DNA from: an uncultured Verrucomicrobiae bacterium
GTDB taxonomy: Bacteria; Verrucomicrobiota; Verrucomicrobiia; Chthoniobacterales; UBA10450
DNA length: 64,000 nt
NCBI GenBank assembly: GCA_963815455.1
Contig: CAWFGO010000001.1
Span: 256,001 to 320,000, forward strand
Direction: 5' to 3'
The position numbers and the translations under genes are program-made. Position 1 is the first letter of the stretch. Each line of letters opens with the position of its first letter. Shown in pieces: positions 1 through 11,419 of this stretch. Below the pieces are notes generated by a model. That model did not search any database and was not told where the DNA came from. It saw only the letters and a program-made list of their open reading frames with translations.

Positions 1-428
1 TCAAAGCGAAGGAAGAGCTGTTTGCCCGAAATATCCGGGTGCTTCGTCTGGAGTTGAGCGCATGGATTGCCCATGTCGAAGGAAAGAAGGAACCGAGCAT
101 CGCGCTGATGCGAGACGCCGCCGAACTCGAAACCTCGACACCGAAAGCCCCGGTGACGCCGGGCCCGACACTCCCCGCCTATGAACTCTTGGGCGATCTT
201 CTGGTCGAGCAGAAACAACCGGAAGAAGCGCTCGTCGCCTACAAACGCTCACTGGAACTTTATCCGCGCCGTTTCAACAGCCTCCTTGGCGCCGCTCGGG
301 CGGCCCGCGCGACCGAGGGGAAATCCGAAACACGCACCTTCTACAAACGCCTTGTCGAAATCACCGAAGGTGGAACCCGTCAACCCGCTCTGGACGAAGC
401 GAAAAAGTATCTCGCCCAGAAGAAATGA
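1..428 (+). CDS. C-terminal part of a TPR-repeat protein (5' truncated by the window edge)
   Basis: Frame is open from position 3 (KAKEELFARNIRVLRLEL...). Helical TPR-like segment 'PAYELLGDLLVEQKQPEEALVAYKRSLELYPRRFNSLLGAARAA'. Confidence 0.7.
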   Translation, partial: KAKEELFARNIRVLRLELSAWIAHVEGKKEPSIALMRDAAELETSTPKAPVTPGPTLPAYELLGDLLVEQKQPEEALVAYKRSLELYPRRFNSLLGAARAARATEGKSETRTFYKRLVEITEGGTRQPALDEAKKYLAQKK

Positions 429-443
429 TTCGAGGACTAATTT

Positions 444-2000
444 CTAAAGTCTTCGGGCCACGGTCGCCGTGGATTCGCCATTGCCGTTCGCCCCTACGAT
501 GAGCAACGCCTTTCGCTCAACCGTTTCAATATAGATACGCGTGGCTGCCGGCAGCTCGTGCCAGATGCGCCAGGCGATCAATCCGCCCGCGAGCGCGAAC
601 GGGATCAGGAAAATTGGCCACCATTGCCAGCCGTGATGGGTAACCAGATAGCCAACGCCGATTGATTGCACGCCGCTACCGAGATAAACAAACCCGTCGA
701 CAATGCCCGACGCGGTTGCCGTCGCTTTGCGTCCGCCGAAATCAGCCGAGGCCGTTCCCGACATGAGTGAATGGACGCCAGTGACCGCCGCCACGATGAG
801 CAGCGCTGCGATCCCGACGACAAACGGCAGCGAAAAAATATTCATCGCCATTACCGCCGCCATCATCAGCATGAATGCGCAAAAGAGCGCGGCCGGCGGA
901 CCGCGGCGCGACTGGAAAAATTTGTCCGAGATCAATCCGCCCGCGAAGCCGCCGACGATGCCGAAAACGCACAGGAGCAATCCCCAGTTGGCCAGAATGC
1001 TTTCCGCGCCCGGTTGCTTCACGTCATGTCCAAAAATGGTGTACCACTGCATGATCCCGTTGCGCAGGACACCGGCTGTCAGTTCGACAAAGGCGAACAT
1101 CAGAATCAGTGGATTGAGAAACACTTTCTTGAGCAGGTCGAGCGCGGTGTACTGCTCGTGCATGTGACCGGACGAAGCATCATGCGTATCCAAGTACGGG
1201 AAGCCGGCATGCTCGGGTGTGTCCTTGATCAACCAGAGATCCAGCAGCGCCCAGGCAAACAGAATGACGGCCGGAACAAAAAAGACCGCCCAGGTTGCGT
1301 CTACCGTTTGACCTTCGGTGAAGAAAACATTGCGCACCAGCGTGGTCAGGCCACCCGCTGACGCCGGCGCCTTGACCCTGGTCATGTTGATAATGGCCTG
1401 GCCCCAATCGAACGCGAAATAAACACCGAACGAGATGAGCGTTCCAAAAATTGCGCCAAACACGCCGCGCTCGCGCACATGAAACCAATTTGCCTTGACC
1501 TTGATGATCGAGACCGCGCCGTAGCTCTGGAAATACATGTTGATCGCGTAAACGACCGAGAAAATCCCTAGCAAGCGCACATGCAATCGACCGGTCAGAA
1601 CGAGCCATGTAATCACGCCTAGGGCGATATTGGCCAATGACGCACCCAGCGCGGCAATGAGGATTCCCCGTTTTCCGCCGATCTTATCGACGAGCGGTCC
1701 GTTGATTAAGAACGAAAACGCGTAGGTCACCGTGCCGGCGGCGAAGATGAGACCGAACTCCTCGTTCGACATGAGCGAGCCGAGCGAATTTTTCGCCACG
1801 GTCAGGTTGTACCGTCCCATGTAAAGGAAGGCGTAGGTCATGCCCAGCGGGAACCAATTGATGAACCGCCGGCTCAAGAACCACGGGCCGTGTTTGAGCG
1901 GGTTATTGTAGAAATAAATCCCGACAACCAATGTGAGACAGATGAAAACGATGCCGAGGGACATGGGAAGATTGGTATCCGCCGAGATTGGCCACGCCAT
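444..2000 (-). CDS. MFS transporter, OPA/GlpT-like family
   Basis: About 12 hydrophobic segments, MFS motif A 'GPLVDKIGGKRG', and 'NWFHVRERG'. Start taken at ATG 2000 (MAWPIS...); the ORF-track extension overlaps the divergent gene. Confidence 0.85.
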   Translation of the reverse strand: MAWPISADTNLPMSLGIVFICLTLVVGIYFYNNPLKHGPWFLSRRFINWFPLGMTYAFLYMGRYNLTVAKNSLGSLMSNEEFGLIFAAGTVTYAFSFLINGPLVDKIGGKRGILIAALGASLANIALGVITWLVLTGRLHVRLLGIFSVVYAINMYFQSYGAVSIIKVKANWFHVRERGVFGAIFGTLISFGVYFAFDWGQAIINMTRVKAPASAGGLTTLVRNVFFTEGQTVDATWAVFFVPAVILFAWALLDLWLIKDTPEHAGFPYLDTHDASSGHMHEQYTALDLLKKVFLNPLILMFAFVELTAGVLRNGIMQWYTIFGHDVKQPGAESILANWGLLLCVFGIVGGFAGGLISDKFFQSRRGPPAALFCAFMLMMAAVMAMNIFSLPFVVGIAALLIVAAVTGVHSLMSGTASADFGGRKATATASGIVDGFVYLGSGVQSIGVGYLVTHHGWQWWPIFLIPFALAGGLIAWRIWHELPAATRIYIETVERKALLIVGANGNGESTATVARRL

Positions 2001-2199
2001 TCTTGCCAAAAAGCCTGCCCGGTAGCACGGACAATCGGGTTCGTCACACAATCGTAACAATCCGGCGTCGGACGAGGCAGCCCGTGGCAATCCATCCAGC
2101 CGAACGACGGTCACTATCGTGTGAAGCTGCGACAGGATTAACTGGATTAAATTGATTGGGTCTTCCGAATCGGGAGAATCCTGTCTAGCTTCTGAACCA

Positions 2200-2664
2200 A
2201 TGAATCTCAACGATCTCGCCAATCTCGGGCAAATCATCGGCGCGATTGGCGTCATGATTACGCTCATCTATCTGGCGGTTCAGATTCGCGGCAGCACTAA
2301 GGTTGCCAGCGCACAAGCCCGCCATGCCATCTCCGAGTTCGTTCTTCGCATCTCGATTTTTCAGGCAGAGCACGCCGATCGTTTTGCCAGGCTTGAGAGC
2401 GGAGCCGAACTAACCGATGGCGATCGTTATTTCCGGTATTGGAGTCATGTCCAATTTCTTCTGCATGCCGAGACCTATTTCCATCATCACGAGTTGGGGC
2501 TCATGCCTGATGCACACTGGCGCCCGTACGGGCGATTCATGACGAAGTACATCCAATCGCCCGGGTTCAAGGAAGCCTGGGATGATATTGGCCCAGGCTT
2601 TTCGGAAGACTTTGCGCAATGGGTCGATGGCCTGCTTGCGAAGCCCGAGCCGGACCGGCGGTAG
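2200..2664 (+). CDS. Hypothetical protein with N-terminal membrane helix (paralog of 18062..18574)
   Basis: 'MNLNDLANLGQIIGAIGVMITLIYLAVQIR' followed by a helical domain with 'HHELGLM...W'. Confidence 0.7.
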   Translation: MNLNDLANLGQIIGAIGVMITLIYLAVQIRGSTKVASAQARHAISEFVLRISIFQAEHADRFARLESGAELTDGDRYFRYWSHVQFLLHAETYFHHHELGLMPDAHWRPYGRFMTKYIQSPGFKEAWDDIGPGFSEDFAQWVDGLLAKPEPDRR

Positions 2665-2931
2665 AAGATAAACGCGTTTCACCGTTCCTCCTCGATCGAG
2701 CAGAGGGTCAGGTGAGGAGCGACACACCTTAGCGATTCAACAATTTGAGGATTAGGAGTTTTTCCCACGAATCATGCTGAAAGGAAAACAAAGGGCGGCG
2801 GGAGCGCTGGGCGGGCTGCCGCAGTTGTCTTGCGTTGCGTGAAAATGGTTTTCCCGGTGGCGAAACCGGCGGCTGAGCATGGCATGCCGCTTTGCCGGTC
2901 TGCTGCATCATTTTGCGACAGAAGAATTCGC

Positions 2932-5900
2932 TCAATTCGCGCCGCTGAGCCCGGCGGGCTGTTCAGTGGGCGACGTCGAGGGCCGCGCCTGTTTGTTAGC
3001 CATGAAATAGAGCACCGGCACAGCCATGCGGCTGATCAGGAGCGAGGCGATCTCGCCGGCCATTAGCGCGATGGCCAGTCCTTTGAAAATCGGGTCGGCC
3101 AGGATGACGCTGGCGCCCACCACGACCGCCAGCGCGGTCAGGAACATCGGGCGGAAACGAACCGCGCCGGCGTCCACCACGGCTTCGGCGAGCGGCATGC
3201 CTTCAGCCAGGCGTCGCTCGATGAAATCGACCAGAATGATCGAGTTGCGCACCACAATCCCGGCTCCGGCCATGAACCCGATCATCGACGTAGCGGAAAA
3301 GAATGCGCCGAGCAGACCGTGCGCGGGCAGGATGCCGACGAGCGAGAACGGGATCGCGGCCATTACCACGATCGGCGTGATGAAGCTTCGAAACCAGCCG
3401 ACCATCAGCACGTAGATGAGCACGAGGACGACGGCGAAAGCGGAGCCGAGATCGCGGAACACTTCGATCGTGATCTGCCATTCGCCATCCCATTTCAGCG
3501 CCGGTTTCGCTTCGGTGAACGGCTGGACGGCGTTGAAGATTTGCACCGGTGCGCCGTTGCCGCCGAACTCGCGCGTGTCGAGTTTCGCCAGCGCCTTGTT
3601 CATTTTCAGAATCGCGTAGACAGGACTTTCGATCACGCCGGCCACGTCGCCGATGACGTAGGTCACCGGCAGCAGGTTTTTGTGGTAGATGCTTTTCTCG
3701 GTCGTGGTCTGCTCGACGTGCACCAGCTCACGCAGCGGAATGAGCGGCGCGAAGCCAACGGCGCCGGGCTCGGGCAGTGCGTTGGCGTCGCCCGACCGGA
3801 CGCGCAAGGCGAGCAATTCATCCGGCGTCGTGCGCGAAGAACGCGGCAGCTCGAGCATGATATTCACGTCCTCTTTCTCTCGCGGGAGATGGAGGAGATC
3901 GACCGACTCGCCGCCAACGGCGATGCGCAACGTCCGCGAAATCGTCTCGGCGCTGATGCCGTGAAGCGCGGCCTTTTCCTTGTCGATAACAAAGCGGGCC
4001 TTCGGCTGATCGGCTTCGACATACCAATCGACATCGACCACGCCCGGCGTGCTTTTGAAAATATCGCGCACCTTGCGGGCGAGCGCGTGACGATCCGATT
4101 CGTCAGGGCCGTAGACTTCCGCGACCAGCGTTTGCAAAACGGGCGGACCGGGCGGCACCTCGGCGACCGCGACGCGGGCGTCGTATTTCGCCGCGATCTC
4201 GGCGATGCGCGGGCGGACCCGTTTCGCGATGTCATGGCTTCGCGCGCTCCGCTCGCCTTTCGTTAGCAGATTCACCTGGATATCGGCGACGTTCGCGCCC
4301 TGGCGCAGAAAGTAGTGCCTGACGAGCCCGTTAAAATTATACGGCGCGGAAACGCCGACGTAAATCTGGTAGTCGGTCACTTCCGGCTCGACGCGGACAG
4401 CGGCGGCAATTTCGCGGGCAGCCTGCGCGGTCCGTTCGAGCGAGCTGCCCTCCGGCATGTTTAAAATCACCTGGAACTCGCTCTTGTTATCGAAAGGCAG
4501 CATTTTCACTTTCACCAACCCGAGCGCGACCAGCGCCATTGCCAGCAGCAGCAGCCCGCTGATCGAGCCAAGAAAAATCCAGCGCCAGCGCGGCTGCGCG
4601 ATCATTGGTCCCATCAGCCGTCGATAGATCCGAGTGAAAAAATCCTCCTCGTGGACGAAGTGGCTGTGCGGCTCGTTAGGCGCGGTGCCTTCGGTCAGAC
4701 GCGAATACTTTTTTCCCCAGCGCAAGATTCGGATCGACGCCCACGGTGTGACGATAAAAGCGATCGCGAGCGACCAGCCCATCGCCGCGCTTGCGCCGAT
4801 CGGGATCGGACGCATGTAAGGCCCCATGAGTCCGCCGACGAATGCCATCGGCAGCACCGCCGCGATCACGGCAAAGGTCGCGAGGATCGTCGGGTTGCCG
4901 ACTTCGCTGACCGCTTCGACCGCGATCGCGGCCCAGTTGCGGCCTTTGTTTTGCCGGAGATGAAAATGGCGGACGATATTTTCCACCACCACGATCGCGT
5001 CATCGACCAGGATGCCGATGGAGAAGATGAGCGCGAAGAGCGTGATGCGATTGAGAGTGAAACCGAGGAGATAAAAAACGAGCAGGGTGAGCGCGAGCGT
5101 GGCCGGGATGGCGAGCGCGACGATGATCGATTCGCGCCAGCCGAGCGTGACACAGATGAGGAGCGACACGCCGATGACGGCGAGGCCCATGTGAAACAGA
5201 AGCTCGTTCGATTTCTCCGCCGCCGTCTCGCCGTAATTGCGGGTGATGGACACCTCGACATCGCGCGGGATGAGCGTGCCCTTGAGCGTTTCGATCTTTC
5301 GCAGCACCTCGCGGGTGACGCCGATCGCGTTGGCGCCCGGCCGCTTGGCGATGCTGAGCGTGACGGAGGGCTCTTCGCTGGGGAGCGCGCGCGCTTCGCC
5401 AGCTGCAGTCGACGCCTCGCCGACTGCTTCGTTCGAAGAGGAATCGCGGCGAGGCGCGTGCGCTCCCCAGCCGAGGAAGGTGTAGTTCGACGGTTCCTCC
5501 GCCCCATCGACGATGGTCGCGACCTCACGCAGATAAACGGGCCGTCCGCTGAAGACGCCGACGACCACATTACCCACATCCGCCGCGCTGGTCAGAAACG
5601 CACCGGTTTCAATCACGAACTCCCGGTTGTTTGTCGTTAGGCCGCCGGAACGGTACTGCTTGTTGGCCTGCTGCAGCATGAGCACGAGGCCGGCTGCGCT
5701 CAGATTGCGCGAGGCGAGCCGCACCGGATCGAGCAGCACGCGCACCTCGCGCCGTGCCCCGCCGATGATGGTCGTTTCCGCGACCAGAGGCACAGCTTTG
5801 ACCGCGTCGTCCACTTCCGCCACCAACCGGCGAAGCATGAGATGATCGTAACGTGCACTGTGAAAGCTGAGCGCGAGAATCGGCACGTCATCGATCGACT

Positions 5901-6336
5901 TCGGCTTAATCAGGGGCGTGCCGACGCCGTGCGGGATGCGATCGTAATTCGAGCGCAGTTTTTCCGTCAATCGCACGAGACACTCCTCGGGATCGGAGCC
6001 GACCTTGAAACGCACGATGACGAGGCTCTCGCTATCGCGCGAGGTTGAGTAAATGTATTCCACGCCCGGGATTTCCCAGAGCAACTTTTCCATCGGGCGC
6101 GTGGCGCGCTCCTCGACTTCCTTCGCAGTGAAGCCGGCCATGTTCACCATCACATCCACCATCGGCACCTTGATCTGCGGCTCCTCCTCGCGCGGCAGCA
6201 GGATGATCGCCGCAAGGCCGAGCAGGACCGCCGCGATGACGATCAGTGGGGTGAGCTTCGAATTGATGAACGTGCGGGCGATGCGGCCGGCCGGGCCGCG
6301 CGCACTGACGGCCTGCTCTCGACTCGGATCGTTCAC
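2932..6336 (-). CDS. RND efflux transporter permease (AcrB/CusA family)
   Basis: 1134 aa with RND motifs '[14 protein letters not shown]', '[13 protein letters not shown]' and 'RFRPMFLT'. Confidence 0.95.
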   Translation of the reverse strand: MNDPSREQAVSARGPAGRIARTFINSKLTPLIVIAAVLLGLAAIILLPREEEPQIKVPMVDVMVNMAGFTAKEVEERATRPMEKLLWEIPGVEYIYSTSRDSESLVIVRFKVGSDPEECLVRLTEKLRSNYDRIPHGVGTPLIKPKSIDDVPILALSFHSARYDHLMLRRLVAEVDDAVKAVPLVAETTIIGGARREVRVLLDPVRLASRNLSAAGLVLMLQQANKQYRSGGLTTNNREFVIETGAFLTSAADVGNVVVGVFSGRPVYLREVATIVDGAEEPSNYTFLGWGAHAPRRDSSSNEAVGEASTAAGEARALPSEEPSVTLSIAKRPGANAIGVTREVLRKIETLKGTLIPRDVEVSITRNYGETAAEKSNELLFHMGLAVIGVSLLICVTLGWRESIIVALAIPATLALTLLVFYLLGFTLNRITLFALIFSIGILVDDAIVVVENIVRHFHLRQNKGRNWAAIAVEAVSEVGNPTILATFAVIAAVLPMAFVGGLMGPYMRPIPIGASAAMGWSLAIAFIVTPWASIRILRWGKKYSRLTEGTAPNEPHSHFVHEEDFFTRIYRRLMGPMIAQPRWRWIFLGSISGLLLLAMALVALGLVKVKMLPFDNKSEFQVILNMPEGSSLERTAQAAREIAAAVRVEPEVTDYQIYVGVSAPYNFNGLVRHYFLRQGANVADIQVNLLTKGERSARSHDIAKRVRPRIAEIAAKYDARVAVAEVPPGPPVLQTLVAEVYGPDESDRHALARKVRDIFKSTPGVVDVDWYVEADQPKARFVIDKEKAALHGISAETISRTLRIAVGGESVDLLHLPREKEDVNIMLELPRSSRTTPDELLALRVRSGDANALPEPGAVGFAPLIPLRELVHVEQTTTEKSIYHKNLLPVTYVIGDVAGVIESPVYAILKMNKALAKLDTREFGGNGAPVQIFNAVQPFTEAKPALKWDGEWQITIEVFRDLGSAFAVVLVLIYVLMVGWFRSFITPIVVMAAIPFSLVGILPAHGLLGAFFSATSMIGFMAGAGIVVRNSIILVDFIERRLAEGMPLAEAVVDAGAVRFRPMFLTALAVVVGASVILADPIFKGLAIALMAGEIASLLISRMAVPVLYFMANKQARPSTSPTEQPAGLSGAN
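5378..5470. repeat. 93-bp palindromic element inserted in-frame in the RND gene
   Basis: Terminal inverted repeat CTGGGGAGCGC...GCGCTCCCCAG. Encodes the extra peptide [31 protein letters not shown]. Ends resemble the intergenic element at 9219-9335. Confidence 0.75.
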
Positions 6337-7352
6337 GGCTTGGCGGTAATGGGCTGACCGTCGTGCAATTCCGCCGCGCCCTCGATGACAACCTTCTCCC
6401 CGCGACTGATGCCGGCGAGCAGTTCCACCTCATTGCTGGTGCGCTTGCCGGTGCGGACAAGGCGAAGTTGCGCGTGCCCATTTACGGCTACGAACACGGT
6501 CTCCATTTGCCCGCGCACGATCAGGGCCGACGCCGGCACGAAGACGGCGTCCGTCTTGCCCGTGGGGATGAGGACCCGGCCGAACTGTCCACTACGCACA
6601 CCTTCCGTCCGCGGTAGATCAAGTTTTACAAGGAAAGTGCGGCTTGAGGGGTCGGCAACTGGCGCCATTTCAACCACTGTTCCTTCAATATCTGTTGCCG
6701 CAGCGCTGACGCGCACCGGAAGTTTGTCACCGATCTTGATATCTCGGGCCAGCGCTTCCGGCACATCGGCTTCGAATCTTAAAGCGGCCGGGTCTTCCAT
6801 CTCGAGGATCGGTTTGCCCGGCGCCGCCAAATCGCCGACATCTGCCAGCTTGCGCGTAACCACACCATCGAATGGCGCGAGTATTTTTGTGTAGCTAAGC
6901 GCTGTCTGGGTTTCCGTCACCGCTCCGGCCGCGACCCGCTCGCGCGCCTGCACCGTATCAAACTCAGCCTGCGCTGTGATTTTCTGGTCAAGCAACTTCC
7001 GGGCGCGTTCGAGATCGCGGGTCGTTTGCTCGCGCACCGCCAATGCCTGGTCGAGCTTCGCCTGAATCTCGCGGGCATCGAGCTGGACGAGCAAATCGCC
7101 CGCCCTGACCTGCTGCCCGGGCGCGACCAGCAGCTTCTCGATTCGTCCGCTGACCTTTGCCTCGATCACCGCTCGCAGCTTGGGCTGCACGGTGCCGACA
7201 ACTTCCTCGCTCGAAGTCCGCGCCTTATCCGTCACCGCCGCGACGCGGACTGTGGCCGGTGGCAGTGACTCGGGCGCGGTTTCCTTTTTCGAATGACACG
7301 CGGCCAGCGCGAGGACAGCCACGACGATGACGAGCGAGCGCGGGAACTTCAT
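6333..7352 (-). CDS. RND periplasmic adaptor (membrane fusion protein), lipoprotein
   Basis: Lipobox 'LALAAC', lipoyl-like half motifs '[14 protein letters not shown]' and 'APFDGVV'. Overlaps the RND start. Confidence 0.92.
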   Translation of the reverse strand: MKFPRSLVIVVAVLALAACHSKKETAPESLPPATVRVAAVTDKARTSSEEVVGTVQPKLRAVIEAKVSGRIEKLLVAPGQQVRAGDLLVQLDAREIQAKLDQALAVREQTTRDLERARKLLDQKITAQAEFDTVQARERVAAGAVTETQTALSYTKILAPFDGVVTRKLADVGDLAAPGKPILEMEDPAALRFEADVPEALARDIKIGDKLPVRVSAAATDIEGTVVEMAPVADPSSRTFLVKLDLPRTEGVRSGQFGRVLIPTGKTDAVFVPASALIVRGQMETVFVAVNGHAQLRLVRTGKRTSNEVELLAGISRGEKVVIEGAAELHDGQPITAKP

Positions 7353-7358
7353 CAGCGC

Positions 7359-7577
7359 CTAGTGTGGCGCAGCGCCGCACTCCTCGCCAGTCCGGCCGAC
7401 GCCAAGCTTGAGGAGAATGCGCTCGAGCGGGCAGAAGCCGGTGAAGGCCGTCTGAAATAAATTCAGCCCGACAAACGCCGAGAGGAGCAACCAGAGTTGG
7501 TTGACCCAGACCCCGAGGGCGAGCCCGGTGAGCACGAGCGTGCCGGCGACGAGATAAATGATCCGTTGTATTTTCAT
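7359..7577 (-). CDS. YgaP/DUF2892-like small membrane protein
   Basis: 72 aa, two TM helices, 'FVGLNLFQTAFTGFCPLE' motif. First gene of the RND operon. Confidence 0.85.
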   Translation of the reverse strand: MKIQRIIYLVAGTLVLTGLALGVWVNQLWLLLSAFVGLNLFQTAFTGFCPLERILLKLGVGRTGEECGAAPH

Positions 7578-7797
7578 AGTGCGGTGAAACTCTTCATGAG
7601 ATTTCCTTTACACTAATCCTCATTGTTCCAACCGGATCACGCTTTGCATCGATTGTCCAAAGCTCACCGTTTGTTGCGACCGGACCGTGTTCGACCGCTT
7701 CCGTCCGTTAAATCCCCGCTGGCGACCGCAGTATCGTGTCACCCGGTGCCGGTTCGGAATTAGGATTTTTGCCCACGAAGCACACGAATCACGATTC

Positions 7798-7890
7798 GTC
7801 ATTCCGAGCGCAGTCGAGGAATCCCGTGGCGTTACCTTGAAGGTGCTTCCGCGGGATCCTTCGACTCCGCTGTGCTTCGCTCAGGATGAC
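7798..7890. repeat. Palindromic repeat, GTCAT(T/C)C...GGATGAC family
   Basis: GTCATTCCGAGCG...GGGATCCTTCGACTCCGC...CGCTCAGGATGAC. A second copy lies inside mfd at 47932-48041. Confidence 0.8.
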
Positions 7891-7922
7891 AGAATCTAAA
7901 AAGTTCGCGTCAATTCGTGCTT

Positions 7923-7950
7923 GCCCCGCTGTAGCCTTGGCGAAGGCGGG
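7923..7950. repeat. Short REP-like element (CCCGCCTTCGC..GCTAC family)
   Basis: CCGCTGTAGCCTTGGCGAAGGCGGG. Related copies at 29946-29976, 33274-33372 and 39454-39484. Confidence 0.7.
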
Positions 7951-7972
7951 TGTTTCGTGGGCCGTTCTCTTC

Positions 7973-9127
7973 TCAGCTCGCGTAATCCGCAACCGCCTTA
8001 GCTACGTCGAGTGTGGAAGCTTTGCCACCCATGTCGTAGGTGCGGACTTTGCCTTCTGCGATGACGCGGGCGATGGCGGCTTCCAGACGAGTGGCCATTT
8101 CGGTTTCTTTGAGCCAATCGAGCATTAGCTTCGCGGTTAACAACATCGCGATTGGATTGACTTTGTATTGACCCGCATATTTCGGCGCCGATCCATGCGT
8201 CGGTTCGAAGACGGCGTAGTTGTCGCCGAGATTGGCGCTGGGCGCGAAGCCGAGTCCGCCGACCAGGCCGGCGCACAAATCGCTGACGATGTCGCCGAAC
8301 ATGTTTTCCGCGACAAGCACGGAATAATCCTGGGGATTCTTGAACATCCACATGCAGATGGCGTCGATGTTGGCGTCATCCGCGCGAATATCGGGATAAC
8401 CTTTGGCGACTTCTTTGAAGCAGCGCATCATCAGACCGCCGGTTTCCCGGAGCACATTGGGTTTCTCGATCAGGGTGACGCGTTTGCGGCCGGTTTTCTT
8501 GGCGAACTCGAACGCTTGTTTGCAAATGCTCGTACACCCTTGCTTGCTCATGATCCGAGTGGAGAGCGCAATGTTCTCCAAGCCCGCTTTGTCTTTCCAC
8601 TTCTTCATCTTCGGGTTCGCGCACAGCGCGGTGTAAACCGGCTCCGGCAACGGGAAAAATTCCACGCCGCCGTACATGCCTTCGGTGTTTTCACGAAACA
8701 CGACCTGATCGATCGGGACATCTTCACCGCCCGGGTTCGTGATCTTGTTTCCGCGAAAGTTCAGTGGATTGCCGGGGTAACTTTTGCACGGCCGCATGTT
8801 GGTGTGCAGGTTGAACATCTGGCGCAGACCTACAATGGGCGAAAAATAGACGAGGCCTTTGTCCTTCAATTCCGGCGCCAATTCTTCCTTGGCTTCCGAT
8901 TGCGGTTTGCTGGTGATCGCGCCAAACAGTCCGCATGTCGTTTCCTTCAATGCCTTCACTGTGCGATCTGGCAATGCGTTGCCTTCCTTGCACCAAAATT
9001 CCCAACCGATGTCGCAAGGGATGTATTCGGCGTCGAGTTTCAGCCGATCCAACACGAGGCGCGTCGCCTCCATGACATCGTTGCCCACTCCGTCGCCGGG
9101 CATCCACGCAATCTTATATTTCGCCAT
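7973..9127 (-). CDS. Isocitrate/isopropylmalate (beta-decarboxylating) dehydrogenase family protein, possibly homoisocitrate dehydrogenase
   Basis: Motifs 'MPGDGVG', 'FRENTEG', 'ENMFGDIVSDLCAGLVGGLG' and 'FEPTHGSAPKYAG'. Confidence 0.9.
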   Translation of the reverse strand: MAKYKIAWMPGDGVGNDVMEATRLVLDRLKLDAEYIPCDIGWEFWCKEGNALPDRTVKALKETTCGLFGAITSKPQSEAKEELAPELKDKGLVYFSPIVGLRQMFNLHTNMRPCKSYPGNPLNFRGNKITNPGGEDVPIDQVVFRENTEGMYGGVEFFPLPEPVYTALCANPKMKKWKDKAGLENIALSTRIMSKQGCTSICKQAFEFAKKTGRKRVTLIEKPNVLRETGGLMMRCFKEVAKGYPDIRADDANIDAICMWMFKNPQDYSVLVAENMFGDIVSDLCAGLVGGLGFAPSANLGDNYAVFEPTHGSAPKYAGQYKVNPIAMLLTAKLMLDWLKETEMATRLEAAIARVIAEGKVRTYDMGGKASTLDVAKAVADYAS

Positions 9128-9218
9128 AAGGTCCCGACTTTATCGAGGAGCCTCGCTGCCTGCAAGTCGCGGCGTCCAGACTAACCGCGGATTTGGCGGA
9201 TAACGCGGGAATGATCCT

Positions 9219-9335
9219 GGGGAGCACAGGCTGCTAGCCTGTGGGCGACGGCTGCCAGCCGTCGCAGACTTTGTGCATGCGAAGCATCATCTCGGCAAGC
9301 TGCCGAGATGGACAGGCTGGCAGCCTGTGCTCCCC
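9219..9335. repeat. Intergenic palindromic element
   Basis: GGGGAGCACAGGCTGCTAGCCTGT ... ACAGGCTGGCAGCCTGTGCTCCCC inverted ends with internal hairpins. Confidence 0.8.
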
Positions 9336-9349
9336 GGATGAAGACGGGA

Positions 9350-9422
9350 TTATTTCGCGCGAAGCCGCGCGGCGACCAGATTTTCCGCGCCGCCGGCCAC
9401 GATCAATTCCTGCGCGGCGGGA
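9350..9422 (-). pseudogene. Orphaned duplicate of the homoaconitase 3' end
   Basis: 9358-9422 matches 11437-11501 at 63/65 nt. Reads ...PAAQELIVAGGAENLVAARLRAK* on the minus strand. Confidence 0.85.
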
Positions 9423-9499
9423 GACCAACAGATTCCAATCCGGCGGCGGATGTTCAAGTCGACGCTATCGATTCGACTTGAACGAATGTCGCCCAGCGG

Positions 9500-11188
9500 T
9501 CATGGCATGCCCGTGCCCAGACGTGCTTTCACCTGGGAAACGTCACTGGCGTTGACCGTGCCATTGACATTCACGTCCATCGGGAAGTTCGCGCTCGTCA
9601 CCAGCTGACCAAGTTGTGCTTTGGTTTGTGCGACGTCGGATGCGCTGACCATCTTGTTGCCATTGGTGTCGCCGATCAGCACACCCATGTTCACCAACGT
9701 AATCGGCAATACTTGTGCGAGGACATCCGTGACATTGCTGAGTTCAATCGTGAGCGTTTGCGCGTTGAGGACGCCGGTCAGGTTCACAGTCATTGTGTTG
9801 CCGGCGAAGATGGGAGTGCCCAAAACGTCGCCTTCGCCGCTTTCCACACGGGCGCTACCGCTGACGATTTCGCTGCTAAAGGTAAAGACGAGGGTGTGCG
9901 CACCGCCACTACTTCGGCATTCTACGCCTGGTTCACCAGTGAGCGGAAGATTGACATCAAAAGTCCCAGCGTCTCCGTGGGTCTTTCGCGAGACTGCCGA
10001 TGTGAGCAGGAAAAAGGGCGTGACCGTTAGGACCTCATCACCACAGCGGCTGATGACCGGGTTGTGAGTCTCATCGCCGCTGTAGGCGGCTTTCCAGTAA
10101 TAGGTGCCGACCTGATTGAAGGTGATTGGATCGGAGTGCGGGACAATCCCGTTGGTGACGGTCTTGGTCCCAGCGGTGGCATAAAGAACGGAGCAGTTTT
10201 CGTCCGAGTACACGGTGTAGGTGACTGTGCCGATGGCGGTGTTGAAGTTCACTCCTTCCAGCTCGGCCTCATCTCTGACCACCGTCCCCTGGGGAACCGT
10301 GATCATCGGAGCCGTTTGGACACCGTCCGTCAGCTCTGTCTCGATCCCTGTCCCGCTAATCAGGCTCCGCGCCTGGATGAAAACCGCCGAATCGAAGACT
10401 CCATCACTTGCGTCCGAGATCGCCAGCTTCATGTGATTGACCTGGCCTGGCGTCACGTTCGACGAACAAATGAGCACCACTGTAAGCCCATCCATCTGCG
10501 TGTCGATCGTGACCGTTGGACGGACATTGTCGACGAACAAGTCCGGGTGGTGCGGGGTCGGGTCTCCGCCGTTGTCGTTGCCGTTATTGATCGTGTTAAT
10601 CGAGACCGGCTCATTCGTGCCGGGCACAAGTGCGACATTGACGCCGTTGATGTAGAACGCAAAAACGTCGTTGAACGGAGTGTTTGAATAGTCGCTGTAC
10701 TCCTCCGACGAGAACACATACTTGAATTGAACCGTCGAGAACTGCGGCACAAAGTCGAACTCGAGAATCGTCGCGTCGAAGGTGGGATTGCCGGAGAGTA
10801 TGGTCAGGTCTGGGTCACCGGGCAGACCAAAATCGGTGCTGTTAGACCAGCCGTCCGGTCCCAGGAGTTCAAAGCAGGTGTTTGGTCCCTCGACGCCGCC
10901 GCTACACGGCACATCACCGGTGACAGTCTGGACCGCGCCAGAACCAAGGATCAGGCCAGAGTCGAACGTAAGAATGGGCAGCCCACCACTGAACGTTCCC
11001 GCCCCGCGTGTCCCGCCGACGTAGGTCACGTTCGAAATCGAGACCGCGCTTCCGACGAGTGAGTTCGCGAGATCTTGCGGTGTCACGCCATGGTTTAGAT
11101 CGCTGACAACAAGTCCAGCGTGAGTCACGTTTGTCAGCGCAGCGATCAGAGCCAGCGCTATTGTGGCAAGGTTCGTTTTCGTTTTCAT
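9500..11188 (-). CDS. Secreted protein: choice-of-anchor-L-like N-terminal domain, Ig-like repeat and C-terminal dockerin-like module
   Basis: Signal peptide 'MKTKTNLATIALALIAALTNVTHA'. Motifs 'FSSEEY..FNDVFAF' and 'KLAISDASDGVFDSAVFI'. C-terminal duplicated 'GDTNGNKMVSASDV' and 'DVNVNGTVNASDV'. Confidence 0.8.
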   Translation of the reverse strand: MKTKTNLATIALALIAALTNVTHAGLVVSDLNHGVTPQDLANSLVGSAVSISNVTYVGGTRGAGTFSGGLPILTFDSGLILGSGAVQTVTGDVPCSGGVEGPNTCFELLGPDGWSNSTDFGLPGDPDLTILSGNPTFDATILEFDFVPQFSTVQFKYVFSSEEYSDYSNTPFNDVFAFYINGVNVALVPGTNEPVSINTINNGNDNGGDPTPHHPDLFVDNVRPTVTIDTQMDGLTVVLICSSNVTPGQVNHMKLAISDASDGVFDSAVFIQARSLISGTGIETELTDGVQTAPMITVPQGTVVRDEAELEGVNFNTAIGTVTYTVYSDENCSVLYATAGTKTVTNGIVPHSDPITFNQVGTYYWKAAYSGDETHNPVISRCGDEVLTVTPFFLLTSAVSRKTHGDAGTFDVNLPLTGEPGVECRSSGGAHTLVFTFSSEIVSGSARVESGEGDVLGTPIFAGNTMTVNLTGVLNAQTLTIELSNVTDVLAQVLPITLVNMGVLIGDTNGNKMVSASDVAQTKAQLGQLVTSANFPMDVNVNGTVNASDVSQVKARLGTGMP

Positions 11189-11419
11189 GATGTAACAGGC
11201 ACCTGTTACGATGAGTCCGCCGCCCGCAGTTTGCGAAAACCTGTTCAAATCTTGCGTTGGTCTGGAAGGCCTTTTGGCCAGGAGCCTTGTCTCGTGCGCA
11301 GACCAGATGGACAAGAAATGCGGCTGAATGCGTGGTTGAAGGGTGCCTCGCATCGCGCCCCGACTCATTTTGGAGAAAGCGATCGAAATTTCCACGCCGG
11401 TCGCAAATTGCAACCGGTT

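Noticed and set aside
2880..2896. Sigma-54-like TGGCAT...TTGC motif
   Set aside because: The GG-GC spacing is one base too long, and it points into the 3' end of a convergent gene.
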